Positions 1 through 13,642 of a stretch of DNA of 64,000 nucleotides are shown in pieces. The notes beneath the pieces are model-generated. The model saw nothing but the letters and a program-made list of their open reading frames with translations. It ran no database searches and had not been told where the DNA came from. Position numbers and translations under genes: made by a program. This stretch comes from Eledone cirrhosa (Eukaryota): the NCBI GenBank assembly GCA_964016885.1, contig OZ024741.1, positions 279,868,001 through 279,932,000 of the forward strand, read 5' to 3'. The number at the start of each line of letters is the position of its first letter. Within the stretch, counting starts at the first letter, position 1.

Positions 1-1073
1 AGTACTGAGAAATAGCTGCAAAGCCAAACGGGAGAAGAAAAAAAAAAAAAAAAAAAAAAAAAGAGTTGGCAAGCAGAACTAGTTTTAGGTTAACTCGCAG
101 CCTTTAGACAAAATGTAATTTGAAAGACTTGAAAATATTTTTGTTTTTGAAAACAATTAAAAATGTTACCAAAATAACAAAAACGGTGAAGCTAAGCAGA
201 TGAGCTTCTGAGATAAAATAAAGTCTATAAATTTTAGCCGTTAATTAATATTTTCTCTTGGTACCCATTGCAATTCATGTTGAATATACATTAAGTATTT
301 TTGAGCATAAACTATTACAATCTCTCTCAAAGACTTAAGTCAGGAACTAAATTCAATGAATAATATTGAATTAATGGTTACGTTTCACACTAAAAAATAC
401 ACAAAATATTATTTCAGTATGTCGTGAGACATCAAACTAATTTTTGCAATTTCATGCACCACATCTAATCAATTACTTTATTATATTCTTTGTGATTTGT
501 TGAACAATCCAAAACTAATCAGGTACTCAAAACTGAAAGAACAAAACTAAAAACTAAAAACAATGTAACGGTTGTTGTTTAGCACCAGATCAACAATGAT
601 TTAGACAACCCATGTATTGTGAAAGGCATTCCAACATTTTTATTCTGAAACATTACATCCCTAACCACATCTTCTAATGTGCACTTCTTCCTTTTTAAGA
701 CAATCTGATAACAGTGTGATTTTGGAAAGGGGGAGGGGTTACTTCTCATACAAGCGAGACATGGTTTCCTGTCCCATCTAAGAGTACAGTACATTCTAAT
801 AATAACTGACTTAGACAGTAAAAACCTGCCCGGTCTATGCCAGCATGAAAAACAAAAATATGATAATGATAAGATTTGAGGGAAATTTGGCTGTTGTTGC
901 TAGGTTAAGCAACCACAGACATCTCTGTAGTGCAACTGCTCAGTGGGAAAGTGTGAGGTTGAAACTCCATAATCAACTAACAAGTTTTTCAGTTTACAAT
1001 TCTGCCTAACTATGTGAATTTGATCAAGTGTTTGTAACTTCTTACTCAAACAAATAATATTTATACATACATA

Positions 1074-2370
1074 CAAGGAGCGTTCAAAAAGTATCCGACC
1101 TTTGGGCATAATAAATACAATTTTGTACCTTTCAAAAATTTTATTTAATCACCAAAATACTCTCTGGGAAGTTCACATGCTTCTCCCAGCAGTTCTACCT
1201 CAGCTAGTAATACCTCTGGAATACCTTCTCTGGAAAGCTATGGAGCTCTGCTGTTGCTTTTCTCATAATTTCCTCATGACTCAAATCACTTCCCTTACAG
1301 CGTCGTTTTCTAGTTAGGGTAAAGCCAGAAGTCACACAGTGCCAAAACATGAGAGTAGGGAGTCTGTTGAACAAGTGGTGTGTTGTTCTTGACCAGGAAA
1401 GCTGGGACTATGTGGGCGGAATGAACAGTAGCATTGTTATGGTGAAGTTCCCAATTCTTCACCGCTCACATTTCCAACTACTTTGTATAATCCCCCAGGC
1501 CATGTTCCTTATTGAACGTTTGGTCTTGTTGGTATGTATTCATGATGCACAATACCACGGGGTCAAAGAAACAGGTCAACAGTACTTTCACATTGCTGCG
1601 AACCTGTTGTGCTTTTCTAGGCCTTGGTGACGACAGATGCTTCAATTGGGAGGACTGGAATTTGGTTGTAACCATAAACCCATGTCTCATCGCCAGTGAT
1701 GAAGGTCTTCGTGAAGTCTGGGTTATGGTTTGCACAATCCAGCATGTCTTGAGAGATTTCCGTGTGGATTTGCTTCTTTTGCTTTGCCAGCACCTTAGGG
1801 ATGAATTTCGCTGACACTCTCTGCATGCATACATCCTCCATTAAAATGGAATGCATTAATCATGTGCTTATTGCCACTTTATGAGCAATTTCCTGGATTG
1901 TTACATGGTGGTTTTCCATGACTATTTGCCAAACCTTCTCAATCAGCTCCTCGTTTCAGCTTGTCGATGGCTTGCCTGAGTATGCTTCATTCTCCACTGA
2001 GGTGTGGCCATGTTTGAAGTGGCTGTACCACTCCTTGATCTGAGTTTTGCCCATGGCATCATCACCAAAGACCTGCTGAATCTTTTGGGTGGTTTGAGCT
2101 TGAGTATCACCAAGCTTTTAGTAAAACTTGATGCAATATCTCTGCTCAATGCATTTGGTAATCTTATGAGAAAACAAAAATCCAACGAGTGAGCACTACA
2201 TGCCTGTACTCCTATGCATAGCAGCTAGGAACTGATGTAGCCTACTGGTGCAAAAGTTTTTCTCACATGCATGGGAAGGGTGGTGTTACTTCCCATCCAA
2301 GGGAATTTTTCCCTGTAGCATTAGTTTTAGTGGTGAAAAATAAAGTTAGACACTTTATGAACACACCTCA
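1074..2370 (-). mobile_element. Degenerate mariner (Tc1/mariner) DNA transposon, ~1.3 kb, transposase broken by frameshifts and stops
   Basis: Minus-strand peptide RVSAKFIPKVL...FITGDETWVYGY (1617-1856) matches the mariner linker and first catalytic Asp motif. Degenerate ~29-bp TIRs (caaggagcgttcaaaaagtatccgacctt / aaagttagacactttatgaacacacctca, ~20/29 match) are flanked by TA on both sides; length is typical of mariner. Confidence 0.9.
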
Positions 2371-2508
2371 TACATATATAAGTGGATATATACATATATA
2401 CACACACACACACATATATACATATATATATACACACACACACATATATACATACACACACACACACATATATACATACATGCATAATATACAAACATAC
2501 ACATACAT
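2371..2508. repeat. (TA)/(CA) compound microsatellite
   Basis: Direct reading of the sequence. Confidence 0.9.
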
Positions 2509-3073
2509 TGAAATTAACTTAATCAGAACAGCTCATGTCACCATTCTCCAATTCCCAGATTACAACAGATGCTTATTCTAAATAAGCCAATATCAAACAT
2601 CTAGGAAGGAAGTGATATACTTTTATTATTAGAAAGAGTAAAATATTTTATGAGGAAAAATACTAAAAAAAAAAGCCAGATTAAAAAAAAAAAGTTACTA
2701 TTACCAGTTTTATCTCAGAAGGTTTTCTGATTGCTCTTTCTGTGCCACAAAATTTTGTTTTGCACTTGCCAGTATTTTTATCAACAGTTGATCTATATAC
2801 AGAATTTCGCTTAAGAGAGTCTTAGTAGGCACTGGTGTTTTCTTAACACATTTTTTGTAAGGTTTCTCTTTTAGTAATGCCAAGAAAATAATACTAACAA
2901 CATCAAAAATAAAACCACTCCAGTAAGCATGAACAACTTTCTTAGATGTTAGTAAAATCTTCAGTTCACTTTCTACACAAATTCTTCATGCTTTCAAGCA
3001 TAGACTAGCTAACAACCTCTGAGAGTAAAAAGCCAATATTAGAGTAATATAAAAACTATGTAATATGGCAGCT

Positions 3074-3134
3074 GCAGCCTGATGACATTCATTGCCCCCA
3101 TCCATACCAGTAATTGAAACAGGTTTGTTGTTGT
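3074..3134 (+). ncRNA. Possible degenerate type I hammerhead ribozyme
   Basis: gcagc-CTGATGA-catt...aatt-GAAA-ca(ggtt)tG-TT-gttgt. Core is intact, stem I is 5 bp (2 G.U), stem III 3 bp, site GUU; stem II is weak with a C.U closing mismatch. Confidence 0.3.
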
Positions 3135-3563
3135 TTTATTAACAGGTCTGCAGTATGGTTTTGAAAGACGTGTTTGAATTTAATTCATGGCTGGGGTTGA
3201 TTTTGGGATTATAATTTGTGTTTGAGTTTGAGGATAGCATGGGTCTGGTTTATTTTGTTTATGTTCTAGTTAGGGCAGATAAAGGCCTTAGTTAAATTAT
3301 ATATAAGTTTAGTTGGCCTGAAAGCTGGCATCCAGTTGTGAAATACTTGCTATGACAGATGTCTAAATTCATACAACAAATAAAGTAATGTCAATATAGC
3401 AAAACAAACTTAAAATGTGTTTATGATTCTTTTTAAAAAGGTGAAGGACTTTTAGACTATATTAACCTCCCCTTCTGTTTAATCAACAACCAGCCTACTC
3501 ATTCATTATCACCAGGAGTCATTTTCTCTCAAATTTTAGCAGACATTGAACATAGAATAAAGG

Positions 3564-3610
<47 letters not shown>

Positions 3611-4687
3611 ATGATGATGATGATATATAAGAGAGAGAGAGAAAAGCAAGGCCATATTAAGTTCTATTGAGGCTCTAAGCACTTAGTGCCCTTCTGCCCT
3701 TGATGCCCTAAGCATGTACTTATTTTGTTTAATGGTTAATCCAGCCCTGTTGAGAAGGTGTGTTAGTATTAGCATGTTTGTTAACATCAAAAAGCAAGTC
3801 AAGACTATAGTGATGATGATGTTTAGCATTACATCCAATGATTAATAAGATTCTAGCTGTGACCATCCTGTCTTTCCTTTAGGCATAGTGTAGTTGATAT
3901 ACAATATAGATAGAACCACAAAATATAAGGTTAAGAGCTTGAAATATTTATGCAATTTGGTGCAGGCAGATTCATAGGTTAAGATGTTAGATTAAATCCT
4001 AATGTGTGAGATCTTGAATAATTTTCTTTTACTGCAACAGTAGATTGACCAAAACCTGGGTGAAGTTTGGTAGACAACACTGTAGAAACCCATCATGTGT
4101 GTGTGTGTATGTGTGTTGGTGTAAATGGGTGCATGCAGTTATGTTCCCTTTTTTGCTAAAAACATCAAACTTAGCCATTTGGTAGTATGAAACTCTTGGG
4201 AGAACTGGACAACAGAAAATATTCAGAAAAGACACCCCTTACACTCTAAGGGGGCTGGGCTACAGCTTGGTCATGGCTCCTGGAAGCCTTTCTGATGATG
4301 CTTTTTAACCACAGGGACATGTTGTATAGGGCACTTAAACCATATCGAAATCGCTTCTGTTCCTCCTCGACCAGAGATATACAGATCAATAAAATATGTA
4401 TCAAACTGAAAATAGGTACGGGGGGGGGGGGGGTTATGTAACCAACTAAAGCTCATGAAGGCAGTGTCATAGCATATCTTCAGTTCAATGACTGAAACCA
4501 GTAAAAGAATAATTCTCTGATCTAAGAGAATTATTTATTATATACATTGGGCAAGACTAATGGCACTAGTCATTAAGGCCGAATAAAGCCAATATGTATA
4601 TATAATTATCCATGCCTTAGTTTTCTTAACTAACAAGTTTCAGCTTTCATTTCATTGTTGATTGGTTCACATTTGAAAGGGCATACA

Positions 4688-4929
4688 GCAACATAAACAT
4701 CACCTCCGCCCTGCTAAGAGGTGACATGTAATGCAAGCATCATAAACACCACTTCCACCGTGCTTAGTGATGACATGTAATGCAAGCAACATAAACATCA
4801 CCTCCACCCTGCTAAGTGATGACATGTAATGCAAGCAACATAAACATCACCTACACCCTGCTAAGTGGTGACATGTAATGCAAGCAACATAAACACCACC
4901 TCCACCCTGCTAAGTGGTGACATGTAATG
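4688..4929. repeat. 49-bp minisatellite, ~5 tandem copies
   Basis: Unit gcaacataaacatcacctccaccctgctaagtgatgacatgtaatgcaa repeated head-to-tail with a few substitutions and no unique spacers. Confidence 0.95.
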
Positions 4930-5109
4930 TAATGTGAAAAATCAAAAATTGTCCACAAAAGCCAACATGACATAAGCATGTTTCAGGTTCTTTGTTATCA
5001 GTTATTGCCTGCTATCATACAACATGTTTCCTTAATTAACATGACTGATGTTCACCTATTCCATTAAACACCAGAACACTCTTCTATTTGTAGCTGTTAG
5101 TATCCTAGT

Positions 5110-5400
5110 AAAGGTGGCAAATTGGATTGAATGCTTTGCTGTATTCAGTCCAACTCTGAGTTTAAATCCTGCCAAAGTCAACTTTGCCTTTCATCCATTT
5201 GGGGGGGTCGATAAAAAAAAAAGTACCAGTCTAGTAATGGAATTGATTCTTCCTCTATACCTCTTTCTCGCTTCCATTCTTTCACTCTCTATCCTTCTCT
5301 GGAAGAAATCTGCCATATTCAGATCTGGAGAGGAGATGGGCTCTGCCAGGTTTTAAAATGCCCTAAAAATGCTGTGTATCAATATGGCACTCCTACAACT
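5110..5400 (+). mobile_element. Degenerate octopus-type SINE
   Basis: B-box-like ctgagtttaaatcc followed by actttgcctttcatcc...gtcgataaa...gtaccagt. The same motif string recurs at ~8325, ~17627 and, reversed, ~57730. Confidence 0.65.
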
Positions 5401-6452
5401 CCCTAAGGAGTTACAGGACCATACACACAGTATACTAGTAAACAAATACAGTATGGTGATGGTGGACTATCAACAGTAACTAAAATACACAGCAGTACAA
5501 TTCTCTATACCACAAATAATGTTGAACAATCTAATATGTATAGTAACATTAAATGGAGACATAATTTCCTGAATTCAAATTAAAAAAATCTGAATACTTC
5601 ATTTTTTTTAAATTGAAAATTCAACAAAATGTGTAAATAAAATACTTATTTAGTTAAATGAAGAGGAATGAGAGCCATGGTCATTCCCTTTACAGCCCCT
5701 CTTAGATTTGGGGAGATCAATGTAGTTGACTAATTAAAACTTCTGTAGAGCAACAAATACAGTCAGAGCAGAGAATTCAGAGGGCTGCAGTTTTAGGAGA
5801 GGAATGATTGGCAAAAATGTTCAGTGTGGGATTTTAGAGGTGAAATACAAACAGCAGCAGTGACAGGCTCATTAAATTTTATTTTTAAATGTATTGAGTT
5901 TTTTTATAGGAACAGGTGACAAACTTATTTTATTTCAAAATACTCAAATATATTCCTAGGATAAAATTAGATACAATTAATAAAGAATTTAATGTTTAGT
6001 TAAACATACAGAAAAAGAGAGTTACATTGGGGAAGACTATAATGTTCTGAGAAGAAAAGGAAGGAAACGATTGTTAGGCAACGAAAGAAAGGGGGAAGGG
6101 GAGAGGGTGACAGACTCTACACCTAAGACAAGAGCTGTGTTTTATCTACGCCCTGTGGATAAAATGGAGGAAGTATACAATGAGGTAGCTGAGAGGAGTA
6201 AGAGAAGAAATAAAGATCAACAGAGATTGTGATGCCTAACATTTTTAAGAAACATTATGTATTGTTCAGGAGTATAGAAAATAATGTACAAGGCTATATA
6301 TATCCTTGTCTGCAAAAATATAATCTTGGTTATGATGGTGAAACCAAGTATTAACAGTCAGTTGACTGTGGCACGGATTATCAGAGCAAGATGGAATAAC
6401 AGCAACATTCTATATTCAGTAAATCCCGAAATAAAACAAAACAAAAACTTAC

Positions 6453-6573
6453 CTTCTCTCTCTTTATAAGTTGTGGATGAACAAATTTTCTGTACAAGAA
6501 ACTGGATCCCTTGGTAACAGGAGACAACAACCATAGTACAAATACTATTTTTATTTCATAATAAAATGGAAGC
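6453..6573 (-). CDS. REEP: Internal coding exon of a receptor expression-enhancing protein (REEP1-4 subfamily, TB2/DP1/HVA22 domain), equivalent to vertebrate exon 4
   Basis: Strong acceptor ttcattttatttcag| and donor aag|gtaagt; 121 bp, entering in phase 2 and leaving in phase 0. Translates to (W)[40 protein letters not shown], matching the conserved REEP1-4 segment [30 protein letters not shown]...EK. Absent from the ORF track because it is a short internal exon. Confidence 0.93.
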
Positions 6574-7444
6574 CTGAAATAAAATGAAATAAGATAAGAA
6601 AAAAATCTCTCAAGGTGGTAATTCAGATCAGATAAAAGAAATTCATAAATGCTTTCAAAGTATAGAATTGACTACAGCATCTGAAATTTTGTTCATAGCA
6701 AAAGGATGAAGTAGATGGAAAAAAAAACTGTGTAAAGATAACTAGGTGTAAATATTATTTAATACATTTTTCTGCTTCTTATAAATCAGACATTATCAAG
6801 TAAATGTGATTTATATAGTACATAACAAAACTATGAAAAACATAAAACATGATTGATATGGGTTGATTAAAATACTTAAGTATATTTTGATATCAATGGT
6901 CAGTACATGTAAATTAACATTTGATGTTTAAGTATGTGTGTTTTAACTTCATATATCATAATACATCCAGCAGTTTGGCAATATTCTGATCTTGGTATTT
7001 ATTACTTTGCTTTACATGGCTTCTTTTAGCTTGCTTGTATCCAATTACTAAGTATTTTGTTTAGATAATCTATTTAAAAAATACCATGCCTGATGTTGCT
7101 TATGAGCTTTACCAAAATTATAGTGTATTACACCATTTGAAATTCAACATTATAATTTAAGCGCTCCTACATCTTAATAACGAAGGTTCATTGAACATTT
7201 AAGTTTAAAAATGCTGATTTTGATAATTTTCCACTTTTAATAATACCAGCCTGTAAAAGATTCTAAAAGGGTGTGCAGGATCAGAGTTCTATTAAAAAAG
7301 CTTAATTTATATTCAACCTAATTTTTACTGTAGATAATATTTCAAAAATATATAAATTACAATTTTATCATCCATTAAAATCTCCCACTTCCTCTGTATA
7401 TTTCAGATCATATTACATATCATACATTCTGAATTTTCTATGAC

Positions 7445-7445
7445 T

Positions 7446-7502
<57 letters not shown>

Positions 7503-7541
7503 GAGAGGAGAGAGAGAAAGAGAGAGAGAGAGAGAGAAAGT

Positions 7542-7580
<39 letters not shown>

Positions 7581-7610
7581 GGAGAGAAAGAGAGAGAGAG
7601 TGTGTGTGTG

Positions 7611-7680
<70 letters not shown>

Positions 7681-7700
7681 TACACATACATAGATATATA
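7445..7700. repeat. Compound (CA)n(GA)n(GT)n(TA)n microsatellite
   Basis: Direct reading of the sequence. Confidence 0.95.
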
Positions 7701-8322
7701 AGAGCAGAATGTAGTTCGAATTTGCACATAAGGATGGGTTACTTTATATTATTCCCATCCCCAAAATATTTCTACGAATTTATTTCACGCTATATAACAA
7801 CTGTTTTTCTTTTCATACTTTGTTGTTTTTTTCTCCTACCCTTTTCCCTTTTCTCAAAGTATTTTAGAGAAGAGTTGGAAACAAGGTATCAGTTTATTAC
7901 TTCCCCTTTTTATGTTATGCATGAAGCTTCAGCATAATCGCTTCTTTTTTTCTAGACATGTATATTGATTAATCTGATTTGCTTCACACCTACTCAGTGT
8001 ACAAACATGTAATCATATTTTTAAGACCAGAGAAATATTTTAGTTAGATGCCTTTGTGTAAGGTAGTTATGGTGAAAAAAAGGTAAAAAGAAAAAATCAT
8101 CATCATCGTTGTTTTTATGCCCATGTTTCTGTGATAGCATGGGTTGGATGGGATGTTTTGAAACAATGTTTTTTTTAGCTGTATGCCTTTACTGGTACTA
8201 ACCCTTTCAGTTGCTTCTTATAACAGACAGACATACAGTGTATCTATTCTAAAATCTGGGATACATCTGTAAAGAATATTAGACGATAAATCATTTGAGA
8301 ATTATTGACTATATAGATAAAA

Positions 8323-8590
8323 ATGGTGGTGAATTGGCAGAGTTGTTAGAACATCGGATAGAGCATTTTGTGGTATTTGTTCTGGCTCTCTGTTCCCTCA
8401 AATCCCACCGAGGACAACTTTGTCTTTCATCCTTTTGAGATCGATAAAAAAAGAAAAAAAAAAAGAAAAAAGTGCCAGTCTAGTACTGGGGTTGATTCTT
8501 CCTCTATATCTCTTTCTCACTTTCAATCCTTCTCTGGAAGAAATCTGATGTATTCAGGCCTGAAAAACGCAGTATGTCACTACGGCACCA
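8323..8590 (+). mobile_element. Degenerate octopus-type SINE (same family as 5110)
   Basis: ggtggtgaattggcagagttgttag A-box-like head, then caactttgtctttcatcc, tcgataaa and ccagtctagtactggggttgattc. Confidence 0.65.
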
Positions 8591-9214
8591 TACCATACCA
8601 TAGATTAAAAAAAAAAAAGAACACAGTATTAAGTCAAAATGGTTAGAGATTTAAATTTAGCCTATAATGGTCAAGGAATTGTACCAAGAAGTCAAAAATC
8701 TTCACTATTGAAAGGAGTTTAATGACAAAGGGAATATTTTAAAATCAGTATAAAACTGCAAATAACGGTGAAGAGTTTGGTCAAATTATCAGAACACCAA
8801 CAGATATGATTTCTAACCAAACGGTTTTAGAATTAAGATAGAACAAAACGATTCTTTTAATGCCGTCAACTTTTTCCCGTCCAGGGCTTTCGTGTCCAAT
8901 TTGTTAGAAAACAAAAAAAAAAATACACCGAAATTTCTACATTTTCAATAAATATATATCTACTCAACATTTCTAAAAATAGATCAATTCTATTTATTCT
9001 TATATAAAAATTAATAGGTGGTAATAATTACTTTGTAAGTAAGTAAGCATTGTTAAAAGACAGAAATACAAAACTTGCATTATTTAAGATGTTGAAATTT
9101 TATAATTTAACCTATCCAAATCAATAATTTGAAAGGAGGAAGGGACTGCAACACTACTGCTTCAACTATCTCCCAACATTATTTTCCATAATAATAAACA
9201 TAAAAATAGCCTTA

Positions 9215-9610
9215 GCCAGGATCAGTAACCCATTAATTTTGGAGCTGGCCAGATCACAGTCAATGGGAACAGGCCCAATGGTCTTAGCATTTGTGTATGA
9301 GCTCATATGGAAGCTCATCCTTCTCACACCCTAGATGCTACAGTGGGGTTGAGTATCATTACATTTGTTGCCAAATGGAATAAACTACTGAAATACCATG
9401 ATTTATCATTAAACTACATTTTTCAGCCAGTAACATTCAAGACATTTGGGGAAGCTAGGTCACTGACAAGGTTTTTGTCACTGTTGGCAGGTTGCCTTAC
9501 TGAAGCTATTGGGTGATGCTCATGAAAATGCTTGGTTATTCCAGCATCTTAGCCTTGCTATAACCTATGGTAATGCCTTGAATGTCTTGGCTTGCCTCAA
9601 CATTTTTTAA
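9215..9610 (+). mobile_element. 3' fragment of a CRE-clade non-LTR retrotransposon (restriction-like endonuclease region), degenerate
   Basis: Translations give GNRPNG...KLLKYHDLSLNYIFQPVTFKTFG...WLFQHLSLAITYGNA, resembling the CRE C-terminal RPDG...KY...F.P.A.ET.G...QRLS.A..RGNA pattern. Confidence 0.65.
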
Positions 9611-11140
9611 AGGGCATCATCAGTATTCCCCGTTGTAGCATGTAATTGAGTCCGTATGTCTTGTTTCTTTTTTCTTTTTTTTTTGTCTCCCTTTTATTGA
9701 TTTATTCCTTTTGTAAATAAACATTATCTAATTTAACTGTGAAAAAATAATAAACACTAGATCTTTTTGGCATCAATTTTATACTATTTTCTTTAATGGA
9801 TACTGTAGCAAATGTGCATTAAAATCAACATTACAAAAATAAGTATAGTGCGAATATTTAGACATATGGGAACTGCGTAGAATAATTTTCAAATTAATAA
9901 AGAATAGAGAAAGAAAGCAAATCCTTTCCCCAAAAAACTATGTCATATGGAACTAAAGCCAAATGTGATGTGGATGCATTAAAGAAAGAAAAAAGGGGAA
10001 GGTACTCAGTAAGTATAAAAGACTTGAGTGATGAAGGATAGGTTTAGTATAACAGGAGATCAAAGGGGAGAGTAATTCAGAACATTTATATTAACGGAAA
10101 ACACATATATAATGAATATTCATGATCATTTTAACTCATATAAAAGCCATAGGAAGTGGATCTTTTATAAAGAAAAGAGAAAAAATACTGTTAATGAGTA
10201 TTTCAGGTTTATAAAAAATACTCGAGTGTAAGGATGAGTGTAATGTGTAAACAACAAAATGATAATTAGTGTTTGAGATTACAAAGGTTAGTAGACTAAG
10301 TTTAATAGACAAATGATTTGCACACAAATATAATTATGGAAAGTATATTGCAATTCAGAGTTCTAGCTAGTATATTAATTATATGGAGAAAAACAAAATA
10401 AGACAAAAGATAGCTAAGTGAATCAATAATTGAAAAGTTAGAGAATAAAGGAATATTTCTTAAGATGAAAAAAGTCAAACTGAATTTTAAACAGATAGCA
10501 ATTTGAGCCACCTTCTCTCGATAAAAAACAAGCAAATTGTTATACTCCGTTCAAAGGCAAGATAATTACAATACATTTTTATGTCCCTCCATCTCAGACT
10601 ACTTTTGAAAATCATGAAACTGTGAAACCAGTTTAACTCATGTAAATAAATCTTAAAGACACCATTTTGAAGTTTTGTTTCCAAAAAAAAAAAAAAAAGG
10701 CACAACATGATAGGACAACTTCTAAAGTCTACTGGTATTTTGTTTTCATTGTCAAAGAGATCAGGAGATTCTTAAGTGTGAAAATACCCATATATATCAA
10801 ACAAAAGAGTTTGTTAGGCAAGGAAAATCATTGGTGGCTTAATAAATAGCTTATTATTAGTACATCATTATTTCAATTATAACACTGGTTTAACGGAGGA
10901 AAAAAGGTTGTGTGTATTCAGTTTAGAATAGGTATACTGCATCTCTGCATGTTGTAAGAAGCAGCTAGAAGAATTGGTGTTAGGAAGAGAATCTAGTAGT
11001 AAAACACTGCCTCAAAACATCCCATCCAACACATTTCCAGCATGGAAAAGTTGAGGTAAAAACAATGATAGTGATAATGGAACAATTTAGAATCAAAATA
11101 GACTGTAAATTATCCATAGATTTTTAATGTATTTTAACTC

Positions 11141-11765
11141 TTAACATCCTGTAATCATTTAACAGAAAATATCTAAAAACAGCCTTAATTTTTTATATTT
11201 ATAGTATCTTAACATGTGGATAGATTGTTGTGAAACTTTGCAGTATTAGTACAAAGACTTGAATTTTTTAATGTGGTGCAATCATAATGCTGTTTTGTAC
11301 TTTTCAATAAAGTCTTGTTAATGTGGTTTCATGTGGTTTGTCTATAGTATTTTTACAGGTGGAGAGATCAATGTGTAAATTTGCAGTATTAGAAAAGAAA
11401 TTTTAATTTTTAATGTGATGCAGTCCTAGTGCTGTTTTGTACTTTTCAATAATGTCTTGAAAATGTGGTTTCATGCCGTACAGGTCATTACTATCTAAAA
11501 GTGGTGAATACAAGCATTGCTGTAGTGGTTAAGGTGTTTGCTTTATATGAGTAACTTTGTATTTTAATACTTCCTGCAATGATATAACAAAAAAATGTCT
11601 AAAACGGGTTTGTTAACTCAAATGTTTTATAGTATCTTTACTAGTGAACAGATTATTGTGAAAATTTGTAGTATTTAATGTGATGTAATCATAGTGCTGT
11701 TTTGTAATTTTCAAGAAAATCTTGCTAATATGGTTTCTTGTAGTACAGAACTTTAAGTGTTAAAA
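11141..11765. mobile_element. Tandem partial copies of a TTAA-flanked MITE-like repeat (related copies ~22280-22390, ~34800-35005, ~36080-36210)
   Basis: Recurrent ~130-190-bp motif ...ttgtgaaaatttg...ttttcaa..atgtcttg.taatgtggtttcatgtggtacaggac/tgttaa, with termini ttaacatcctgta / tacaggatgttaa. Confidence 0.5.
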
Positions 11766-12475
11766 TAATTATGATAGTACTTCTATACTCCAGCTCTCAC
11801 TTCAACTGTTTCATTGTATTATATTTCCATACTAGTAAAAGTGGAATATTAGTATATAGCTAAAGAAAATTACATTACAGCTGGCAATGATTACTCACAA
11901 CTACAACATTGCTGTCAGTCAGGCAGTGTGAAGTAAGCAGAATTATGTTTTGACCAAGAATATGACTTACACAAGAAACTAATAATATATTCTAAGAAGG
12001 AAAAAAAGTGTAAAGTAAAATATAATCTAAGAAATTAAGACAATATTATTGATTTTCGAACAATAAAAATTAATTTTCAAAGATTCAGAAAGATAAATAA
12101 TTTTTTATATGAAAATCTATAGTGAGATGTAGAAGTAACCAAAAAGTTGGCCTAAAGGCATAATGCTAAGATTTCATAAACATTGATTCAATCGCCATGT
12201 TTTTACAGCTTGATGCCTTCCTATCAGCAACCACTTTACAGCATGGACCTGGTGCATGCCGCCAGCACTAGGCAGGTTGTCTGTCAGGACTTTTAGTAAC
12301 AGGAAAGAACACTGAGTGCTACTGTCATCTGGGAAGTGGCTCTGCTTGATATATAGAATGTATGTGTGTGTGTAAGCTCTTGAAATTACATGCGCATCAG
12401 TAAATTCAATAATACTTTGATATTAGTTACTTCCCTTACATTTCAAGCAGTTCACTACTTAATCTCAAGTCAATA

Positions 12476-12480
12476 GCGCG

Positions 12481-12566
<86 letters not shown>
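12476..12566. repeat. (GC)n(CA)n microsatellite
   Basis: Direct reading of the sequence. Confidence 0.95.
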
Positions 12567-12569
<3 letters not shown>

Positions 12570-13215
12570 ATCATCACCACCATTATTTATCATGTTTTCC
12601 CTGCTAGCAAGGATTTGATGGGACATCATAGATCATGTCAGTATTCAAGCTGAGTTACTGACCTCTCAGATGGGCCAGGGGCCTGAATCACGCTTATGTA
12701 CATTCCTTCCTCCCTCTCGCTGAGAGTGGATTTCAATAGTCATATTCTCAAAACTTTTTCTTTAATTTTAAATCTATTTAATATTCATGAAAAGTAAGTC
12801 CAATAAATTGCTTTGAGATGGAGTAGATCTCATGAAGTAGTTATCCATGGTTTACTTTCTGTAAGCAGGACCGGATTAAGTTCTTTTGAGGCCCTAAGCC
12901 CTTAAAAGGTTATGGTGCCCTTCATATATAAACAAAGTCTCCAAAAAATATTTTTGGGAATGACAAATACAATTAATTTTAATAAAATGGTACCCCCTCT
13001 ACCCTTGATATGCTAAGTATGTATTTATTTAGCTTAATGGTTAATCTAACCCCATTAGTGAGTAATCTCTGTTTCATACAGATATTCACATATAAATTGC
13101 TTATTGCATTTTATTTTAAAATTTCGGAAAAAGTATGTCAAAATATATTTAAATATTAAACATTATAATCCCGATTAAAAACACACACACAATAATAATA
13201 ATAACAATAATATTT

Positions 13216-13642
13216 TTGTATATACTCATATATAAGCTGAGACATATGTGACTTCCCCCAAAAAATCCATGGTAAAATTTGGGGGAGGGGAGATCGGTTT
13301 ATATTTGGGGTGAATACTTTGCTGATTTTCACCAACTTCATATTCTACATAAATGGAGGTGAAATTTGTTTTAAATGAATATGACCTTCAAAACAGTCAG
13401 AAATTGGTAAATATCATTACATAATAGAGTTGTAAAACAAAAACTATATTCTAAACAGTATTCAAAACATTTTGAATATCAAAATATAAAAATTTCATAA
13501 ATATATTCTCTACTCATGAGAATTTCAAAACCACACCATCTAAACAATGTTTTAGCTGCCTCAGCTAATACATGGGGTTTGGGTTTTTGTCTCTTTCTCA
13601 GACATAAAATAGTGGGTTGGCTTATATTTGAGTATATACAGT
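13216..13642. mobile_element. pogo/Tigger-like MITE (inverted relative to the copy at 25193)
   Basis: TIR-like ends tgtatatactcatatataagc / gcttatatttgagtatatacagta; internal homology to 25193-25672. Confidence 0.6.

Noticed and set aside
2705-3020. Minus-strand exon-like segment with AG/GT borders and a hydrophobic stretch
   Set aside because: No frame stays open across both borders and there is no REEP similarity.
4688-4929. CRISPR-like periodic repeat
   Set aside because: Whole 49-bp units repeat with no unique spacers, there are no cas genes, and the context is eukaryotic; it is a minisatellite.
9850-10900. A-rich strand-biased tract suggesting an ancient LINE ORF (similar tract at 14450-15550)
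   Set aside because: Too degenerate; no diagnostic motif could be read.
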